This document shows, piece by piece, positions 7,557 through 13,159 of a stretch of DNA of 13,159 nucleotides. The notes beneath the pieces were generated by a model. It was not told where the DNA came from, did no database searches, and was given only the letters and a program-made list of their open reading frames with translations. A program made the translations under genes and the position numbers. Source of the stretch: an uncultured Deinococcales bacterium (GTDB taxonomy: Bacteria > Deinococcota > Deinococci > Deinococcales > JAAFIG01); assembly GCA_964244895.1 (NCBI GenBank), contig CAXTKV010000154.1, forward strand, positions 1 to 13,159. Direction: 5' to 3'. Numbering within the stretch: position 1 is the stretch's first letter; each line of letters opens with the position of its first letter.

Positions 7557-8126
7557 ATGCGTAAGGTGATCGTGACTGAGTTCTTGACCCTCGACGGCGT
7601 GTACGAAGATTCCATTCCGTGGCATAGGGGCTACAACCCTGATGACGGCCAGTTCAAGTACGACGAACTTTTTGAGAGCGACGCCCTCTTGCTGGGCCGC
7701 GTGACCTACGAGGGCTTCGCCAGGTATTGGCCGACCGCGACCGACACCGGAGCGTTTGGCGAACGGATGAACAACCTACCTAAGTTCGTCGCCACGACCA
7801 CCCTCAAATCCCTCGAGTGGAACGCCACGATCCTCGATGGGGACGTGGTTGGGGCGGTGGAGGCGCTGAAGCGGCAAGAGGGTCAGAACATCCTCACCTA
7901 CGGCAGCGGCAATTTTGTCCAGACGCTTTTGCGGCACGGCCTGGTGGACGAACTTCGCCTGATGGTCTACCCGCTCGTCCTCGGGAGCGGCAAACGATTG
8001 TTCTCGGGTCAGGACAGGCTGCCGCTGAAACTCGCCGCGTCGAGAGACCTCGGCGCGGGCGTGATGCTCTTGACCTACGAGCCCGCGACCGACGCCCAAC
8101 CCGAGCACATTGCAGTCCCGAGGTGA
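7557..8126 (+). CDS. Dihydrofolate reductase-like / RibD C-terminal domain protein
   Basis: Starts MRKVIVTEFLTLDG (ATG 7557 after GGAG); LLLGRVTYE, GSGNFVQTLL, GLVDELRLMVYPLVLGSGKRLF. Confidence 0.92.
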   Translation: MRKVIVTEFLTLDGVYEDSIPWHRGYNPDDGQFKYDELFESDALLLGRVTYEGFARYWPTATDTGAFGERMNNLPKFVATTTLKSLEWNATILDGDVVGAVEALKRQEGQNILTYGSGNFVQTLLRHGLVDELRLMVYPLVLGSGKRLFSGQDRLPLKLAASRDLGAGVMLLTYEPATDAQPEHIAVPR

Positions 8127-8205
8127 TCGTCGCCAGCGCGGCCCCTGAGAACGCGCTCGAGCGGAAGCGGTATGGTTTCAAGGTGCGCTCGAGGCCAGTG
8201 ATTTC

Positions 8206-9408
8206 ATGACGGACGCACCCTCGGGGGTCGCGGTGCAAGCACCGTTCTCGTTGCCGCGAGCCGTGGGCGCGTTGATGCTCTCGAGGTTCGCGCAGGACTC
8301 GGCCAGCCGCGCACCGCTGCCATTCCTGGGCGTGATCGCGGCGGCTTACGGTCAGGATGTCGGCGCGGTCGGTTGGTTGTCGATCGCGCTGGTGCTGGCC
8401 GGGCTGGTCTCGCCGTTGACCAGCATCCTCGGTCACCGTTTCGGCGCGCGCCGGATGCTGTTCTGGCCGCCGTTGGTATTCGTGATCGCCTGCGCGCTGC
8501 TGCCGTTCGCGCCCAGCTTCGCTGGCGTGATCGTTTTGTTCATCGCCATCAGCGTCACCAAGGCCATGTTCGACCCGCAGCTCCAGACGTTCATCGCGGA
8601 GCGCGTGCCCTACGAGCGGCGCGGCACGGTCATCGGGGTGCTGGAACTCTCGTGGGCGCTGTCGTTCATCATCGGTGCGCCGGTCTTCGGGCTGCTGGTG
8701 GATCGGGTCTCGTGGTCGGCTCCGTTCGCGCTGATGGGCGGGATCGCGTTGTTGGGCATGGTGGCCGTCTGGTTTTACGTGCGACCCGCCATGAGCGGCC
8801 CGGATCTGAACGCCTCGTTCTCGCTCGAGCCGTGGCGCAAGGTTTGGGCTCACCCTCGAGCCAGGTCGTTCTGGGCGTTCACGCTGGGGATCATGGTCGC
8901 GGCCCAGATGCCTTTTCTGGTGTACCCATCGTGGATGAAGGCGCATTTTCAGCTCTCCAATGGGCAGTTGGGGCTCGTCTCGACCGTCATCGGCTTCGCG
9001 GACGTGCTGGCGGAAATCCTGGTGATCGCGTTTCTGGATCGAATCGGGAAACGCCGCGCGGTGCTGATCGCGGGGGCTTTCTACACGCTGGCCTTCGGCC
9101 TGTTCTGGGGTTTGAGCGCCAGCTTGCCCGGCATGATGCTCGCGCTTTTTTGCATTTACCTCGCCTTCGAGTTCACGCTGGTCGCGTCCTTGCCGATCGC
9201 GTCTGAAACCGTGCCGGAATCGAGAACCGCGATGATGGGTTGGAACACAGCCTCGACTGCGGCGGGACGGATCATCGGTTCTTTGATCGCCCTGCCGTTG
9301 TTCGGGACGGATCGGTTGTGGTTGGTGTCGCTGGTCGGCTGCGCTGCGGTCGGCTCGAGCCTGGTTTTTATCGCCATATCCACGCACCACAGCTCGAGCG
9401 CCCCGTAA
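8206..9408 (+). CDS. MFS transporter
   Basis: 400 aa, about 12 TM segments, LGHRFGARR and LDRIGKRR motif A copies, VPYERRG. Confidence 0.92.
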   Translation: MTDAPSGVAVQAPFSLPRAVGALMLSRFAQDSASRAPLPFLGVIAAAYGQDVGAVGWLSIALVLAGLVSPLTSILGHRFGARRMLFWPPLVFVIACALLPFAPSFAGVIVLFIAISVTKAMFDPQLQTFIAERVPYERRGTVIGVLELSWALSFIIGAPVFGLLVDRVSWSAPFALMGGIALLGMVAVWFYVRPAMSGPDLNASFSLEPWRKVWAHPRARSFWAFTLGIMVAAQMPFLVYPSWMKAHFQLSNGQLGLVSTVIGFADVLAEILVIAFLDRIGKRRAVLIAGAFYTLAFGLFWGLSASLPGMMLALFCIYLAFEFTLVASLPIASETVPESRTAMMGWNTASTAAGRIIGSLIALPLFGTDRLWLVSLVGCAAVGSSLVFIAISTHHSSSAP

Positions 9409-9413
9409 CATCT

Positions 9414-9482
9414 TTTGATCTCGAGAACACCGTCCAGCACGCGTTTTCTCGAGATCAAAGAACACCGTCTGGGACGGTCTTC
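9414..9482. repeat. REP-like palindromic intergenic repeat (inverted copy)
   Basis: tttgatctcgagaa...ttctcgagatcaaa inverted repeat plus accgtc-tgg-gacggt hairpin. Confidence 0.85.
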
Positions 9483-9551
9483 GCGTTTTTGACCCCTTGG
9501 CTCCGGCTCGGGCCACGCCCGCGCGCGGCCTGCACGGTTTAGGATGGGCGC

Positions 9552-10343
9552 ATGAACCTGCTTCTCGGATTGCTCGCCATCGTCGGAATCGGACTGGTCG
9601 CTGCATACAACACGCAATACCTGAACGCCAAGAACCTGACCGAAGAAGAACGCCGCAAACGCCGTCGCGGTGTGCCGCCGTTGATCGGGTTCGGCGCGCT
9701 GCTGGCCTTCCTGGGCGTGGCGTTGGGCGCCGGGCTGGGCCTGAACGGGCCAGCCGACGTGCAAGCCAGAGGCTTCGGATTGAACTTCGCCCCGGCGGAA
9801 GTCGCGGCGGTCGCGGAAGCACCCCAGGCGCTGAGCTTCACGTACCCGACGGACGGCGAGCGACTGGACGCCCAGGATTTCCTCTTAGAGGGTCGCGGCG
9901 CACCCGGTCAGGAACTCGAGATCTTCCAGGACGGCGTCAGTATCGGCAAGGTCACGGTCGGCGAGGACGGAAGCTGGAGCTGGCCCATTTCCAGGCCCAA
10001 ACCCGGCGATTACGCCTTCGAGGTCAGACCCGTCGGTTCAACCGAAGGCATCAAGCTGGCCGTCAACGTCGGCGCAAACCGCGCGGATGCCAGCAACGCC
10101 AAATGCCCGTGCGCGCTGCGCGTCACCACAAACCGCCCGTTCGCCACGATCCAGCTCTTCAGGGACAATCAGCCCGTCGCCAGCGGCACCGGGCCGGTAA
10201 TGGTCTTCAGGAACCTGGAAAAAGCCAGCTACGCGATTCAGGTCGTGGCGCAAAAATACAAGTCCTACCAGAGCAAGCCCGCGCAGTTCAGCACGCCGAA
10301 AAACAAGAACATCAGCGTGTATCTCGATCCTGCACCCCAGTAA
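9552..10343 (+). CDS. Hypothetical membrane-anchored protein with Ig-like beta domains
   Basis: Two N-terminal hydrophobic helices around RRKRRR, then G.G.PG..LEIF.DG..IG.VTVGEDGSWSW bacterial Ig-like pattern; TAGGAT-N6-ATG start. Confidence 0.8.
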   Translation: MNLLLGLLAIVGIGLVAAYNTQYLNAKNLTEEERRKRRRGVPPLIGFGALLAFLGVALGAGLGLNGPADVQARGFGLNFAPAEVAAVAEAPQALSFTYPTDGERLDAQDFLLEGRGAPGQELEIFQDGVSIGKVTVGEDGSWSWPISRPKPGDYAFEVRPVGSTEGIKLAVNVGANRADASNAKCPCALRVTTNRPFATIQLFRDNQPVASGTGPVMVFRNLEKASYAIQVVAQKYKSYQSKPAQFSTPKNKNISVYLDPAPQ

Positions 10344-10360
10344 ACGCGGATTCGCGCCAG

Positions 10361-10400
10361 AACGGTGTCCTCGAGATTAGAGGACACCGTTTCTTAGGTT
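10361..10400 (+). terminator. Putative terminator / REP-like hairpin
   Basis: aacggtgtcctc-gagatta-gaggacaccgtt 12-bp stem then T-rich tract, 17 nt after the stop codon. Confidence 0.55.
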
Positions 10401-10610
10401 TCACGCCAAAGAACACCGCCCAACACGCCTCGAGATCGGGCCTCCAGCGCGAGAACGATCCAAGATCGACCGAACCCTCGAGATCCCCTTCAGGAATGCA
10501 AGTGTTGCGTCCTGGGCCGTCCCGATGGTCTCGTGGCCGTTGTTTCTCATGCTCTTCACCGGGTACAATCCCCGAACTCGGCAACCAGAACGGTCACGGG
10601 GGTCATTCGG

Positions 10611-11132
10611 GTGGAACCCATCGAACTTCAATTCGCGCTCAACAGCGACGATCTGCTGCGCGGCACGCGCGCCTTCTTCCTGAAAAGTTTGCGGTTTCGC
10701 ATCGCGCTGGTCGGGCTGGCCCTGCTGACGCTGGCCGCCTGGATCACCGCCCTTCAGGTCGGTCGGTTGGGCGTCAACCTGGCGTTGGCGGTGACGGTCA
10801 TCACGGTCTTCCTGGTCGCGTACCGCGCGATTCTGCTGCCGTGGACGCTTTCAAAAGAAATGGCGCTGGACGAACGCGTCAGCGCCGAAAGCACCTGGGT
10901 CTTCAAACCGGATCGAATCACGATCACCAACCAGTTCAGTGAAATGCACCTCGACTGGGCGAATTTCTCGCGCATCCTGGAGACGGACACGCACTATCTG
11001 TTCGTGTACGCCAACGATGCCAACCTGTTCCAGCTCGTGCCGAAACGCGCCATTCCGCCGCAGCTCGAGATGCCGTTTCGGAGGCTGGTGGCTCGCCGCA
11101 CACCGCGCAACCTGGTGGTTCAACCCGCCTGA
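10611..11132 (+). CDS. YcxB-like membrane protein
   Basis: Two TM segments then C-terminal W..F.RILETDTHYLF....FQLVPKRA pattern; start uncertain, GTG 10611 preferred. Confidence 0.75.
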   Translation: MEPIELQFALNSDDLLRGTRAFFLKSLRFRIALVGLALLTLAAWITALQVGRLGVNLALAVTVITVFLVAYRAILLPWTLSKEMALDERVSAESTWVFKPDRITITNQFSEMHLDWANFSRILETDTHYLFVYANDANLFQLVPKRAIPPQLEMPFRRLVARRTPRNLVVQPA

Positions 11133-11150
11133 TCGTGCTGCACGCACTTC

Positions 11151-11180
11151 AAGAGCACCGTCCTGGACGGTGCTCTTTTT
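11151..11180 (+). terminator. Terminator-like REP palindrome
   Basis: aagagcaccgtcc-t-ggacggtgctctt followed by T-run, 18 nt after the stop codon. Confidence 0.7.
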
Positions 11181-11419
11181 CTCGAGCCCTGCGGGTTGCG
11201 GTTCACCGGCTTCCTCTCCCCTACAGATCAGCGCTGTCAGCATGAACGCGGTGAGACAAGAGCACTTTCTCGCACGACATTGGGCGCCCAAGCAACGGTG
11301 AGAGATTCTTCGTCGTGCCTCCTCAGAATGATAGGGGGTTGAGGCTCGAGCCTGGATGGTCGCGGTGCGCGCCCGCCATCCTCAAGCCTTTCGGCGTGCG
11401 GGCGTAGAATGCGCCCGTC

Positions 11420-12436
11420 ATGAACTACAAAAACCTCGGAAAATCCGGTCTGCGCATCTCCGAAATCGCTCTGGGCACGATGCAGTTCGGCTGGACGGCG
11501 GACGAAGTTGCCTCGCACGCGATCATGGATCGGTACGCGGAACTCGGCGGAACGTTGATCGACACCGCCGACATTTACAGCATGTGGGCCGCCAACAACC
11601 CCGGCGGCGTCAGCGAGGAATTCATCGGGCACTGGATCAAAGCCCGCAACAACCGCGAAAGCATCGTGATCGCCACCAAAGTGCGCGGCCCGATGGGCGC
11701 GAACGGTTCTGAGGGCTCCAAGCATCCCCTTCAACGCGAGGGCCTCTCGAGACAGTGGATTCTAAAAGCCTGCGAGGATTCGCTGCGGCGCTTGCAGGTC
11801 GATCACATCGACCTCTACCAGGTGCACTGGGTGGACTCGAACGTACCCATCGAGGAAACCCTGTCCGCGCTGACCGACCTGGTGCGCAAGGGCTACGTGC
11901 GCTACATCGGCTGCTCGAATTTCAGCGCCTGGCGCTTGATGCAGGCGCTCTGGGCATCAGACAAACACAATCTCGAAGCCTTCGTCTCGATCCAGCCCGA
12001 GTACAGCCTGGTCGCGCCGACGCGCGCGACTTTCGAGCGGGAACTCTCGAAAGTCTGCCTGACCTACGGCATCGGCGTGATCCCGTACAGCCCCCTGGCG
12101 GCGGGGTTCCTGACCGGCAAGTACCGGCGCGGCCAACCCTTGCCGGACAGCGTGCGCGCGGGCGGCATCGAGTCCAGCCGCATGAACGAACAGAACTGGC
12201 AGCTCGTGGACAAGCTCGTGGATATCGCCGGTCGGCACGGCACGACTGCGACCCGCGTGACGTTGGCCTGGATGCTGGCCCAACCGTTCATGAGCGCGCC
12301 GATCGTCGGTGCGAACACCATCGCTCAGCTCGAGGATTCGATGGGCGCGTCCGATCTGAAATTATCGAGTGACGAGATCGCGGAGATTTCAAAAGTCTCC
12401 GATTGGGAACGCGCCCGCACCGACAACGAGAATTAA
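11420..12436 (+). CDS. Aldo/keto reductase
   Basis: 338 aa; [66 protein letters not shown] 9 nt before ATG. Confidence 0.97.
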   Translation: MNYKNLGKSGLRISEIALGTMQFGWTADEVASHAIMDRYAELGGTLIDTADIYSMWAANNPGGVSEEFIGHWIKARNNRESIVIATKVRGPMGANGSEGSKHPLQREGLSRQWILKACEDSLRRLQVDHIDLYQVHWVDSNVPIEETLSALTDLVRKGYVRYIGCSNFSAWRLMQALWASDKHNLEAFVSIQPEYSLVAPTRATFERELSKVCLTYGIGVIPYSPLAAGFLTGKYRRGQPLPDSVRAGGIESSRMNEQNWQLVDKLVDIAGRHGTTATRVTLAWMLAQPFMSAPIVGANTIAQLEDSMGASDLKLSSDEIAEISKVSDWERARTDNEN

Positions 12437-12480
12437 GGGTCTCGTAGCAGTATCGTTCTGCGGTTTCACGGAATTACCAC

Positions 12481-12517
12481 AAAAAAGCAGGGATGAAGTG
12501 CAAGCACTTCATCCCTG
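12481..12517 (-). terminator. Intrinsic terminator
   Basis: - strand cagggatgaagtg-cttg-cacttcatccctg 13-bp stem then CTTTTTT. Confidence 0.85.
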
Positions 12518-12526
12518 TAGTCTCGA

Positions 12527-12790
12527 TCAGTCTTGCGGCCTGCGAAGCACCATGAGCGCGGAATCCAGCGCCCGCAGGCTCTGGTTCTCGAGGATGTCCT
12601 CGAGGATTGAAGCGGTCGCCTCTCCCCCGTCGAGGATGCGGATCACCATGCCCGACCAGACCATCGGTTCCAGGTCTCTGGGGGCGAGAAATGAAAGGGC
12701 CGTCAGCACTTTCGCTCTTTTGCCCCGCTTCCGAGCATCCCGGAACGCCGCGATGAGCGTCTGTACCAGATTTTGAGATTCAGGTTCCAT
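12527..12790 (-). CDS. Hypothetical protein (about 87 aa; start uncertain)
   Basis: MEPESQNLVQTLIAAFRDARKRGKRAK...; amphipathic protein-like composition; followed directly by a - strand terminator. Confidence 0.55.
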   Translation of the reverse strand: MEPESQNLVQTLIAAFRDARKRGKRAKVLTALSFLAPRDLEPMVWSGMVIRILDGGEATASILEDILENQSLRALDSALMVLRRPQD

Positions 12791-12975
12791 ATCAAATATC
12801 CAAAACGACTGGCGCATCACCATCCGATATTCCTCGAGACCCACAAAAGCGGGTTCGCAAGCCGAAGGCTGTCAAGGAACACGGCAGCGAAGCCACCAGC
12901 GCCAAAATAGCCCGCTGGATTGCCCGAGATGTGCAATACCGCACACGAGCCTTCAGCCTTCGATTCGAAGCCGAG

Positions 12976-13021
12976 AACACCATCTGGTACGCGAATTTAC
13001 GTATGCGTACCAGACGGTGTT
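12976..13021. repeat. 17-bp inverted repeat of REP-like family
   Basis: aacaccatctggtacgc-N12-gcgtaccagacggtgtt, one mismatch. Confidence 0.75.
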
Positions 13022-13051
13022 TCTCGGGCACGATTGATCTAGACTCGACTC

Positions 13052-13159
13052 ATGGCGCTCGAAGACGACTGGCGATTGATGGGGCAGGGACGTTACCTCA
13101 AAGGCGTGAGCCTCGAATGGAAGGAATGGCACCAGACTCGAGCCCACTGGGATCACGAC
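13052..13159 (+). CDS. Hypothetical protein, runs off the window end
   Basis: MALEDDWRLMGQGRYLKGVSLEWKEWHQTRAHWDHD open to the window end; TAGACT-N6-ATG leaderless signature. Confidence 0.7.
   Translation, partial: MALEDDWRLMGQGRYLKGVSLEWKEWHQTRAHWDHD

Noticed and set aside
7894..9822. 642-aa - strand ORF
   Set aside because: Antisense shadow of the MFS and DHFR-like genes; R/G/P-rich with no motifs, as expected in GC-rich DNA
9497..10942. 481-aa + strand ORF
   Set aside because: Off-frame overlap of two better-supported genes; Arg-rich and crosses a terminator-like hairpin
11185..11330. TPP or glycine riboswitch, SRP or 6S RNA identity for the intergenic region
   Set aside because: Only fragmentary motif resemblance; the conserved cores could not be assembled
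12929..13042. Short + ORF MCNTAHEPSAF...
   Set aside because: No initiation signal and it runs through the REP-like inverted repeat

Overview
GC-rich chromosomal window, most likely from a member of the Deinococcota. This is inferred from the short archaeal-type non-discriminating AspRS, the DinB paralog cluster, the TANNNT-N5/6-start leaderless genes and an RDRM-like palindrome. Genes in order: prs (-), MFS transporter (-), histidine phosphatase (-), small basic CxxC..CxxC protein (+), ND-aspS (-), then on +: three DinB-like genes, a DHFR/RibD-C family gene, a second MFS, a membrane-anchored Ig-like protein, a YcxB-like membrane protein and an aldo/keto reductase. A small orphan (-) and a truncated ORF (+) close the window. 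The most notable signal is missing from the ORF track. Upstream of aspS is a leaderless 19-codon Asn/Asp-rich peptide (MFARPNDPNRPDLGNTDDN) coupled to mutually exclusive protector, antiterminator and terminator hairpins. This looks like a ribosome-mediated attenuator sensing both tRNAs charged by the enzyme. Other signals: an RDRM/DdrO-like operator over the divergent dinB promoter, a structured leader before the Zn-ribbon gene, a REP-like palindrome family, heptamer arrays and strong CTCGAG over-representation. No mobile element, CRISPR array, tRNA or rRNA was seen.
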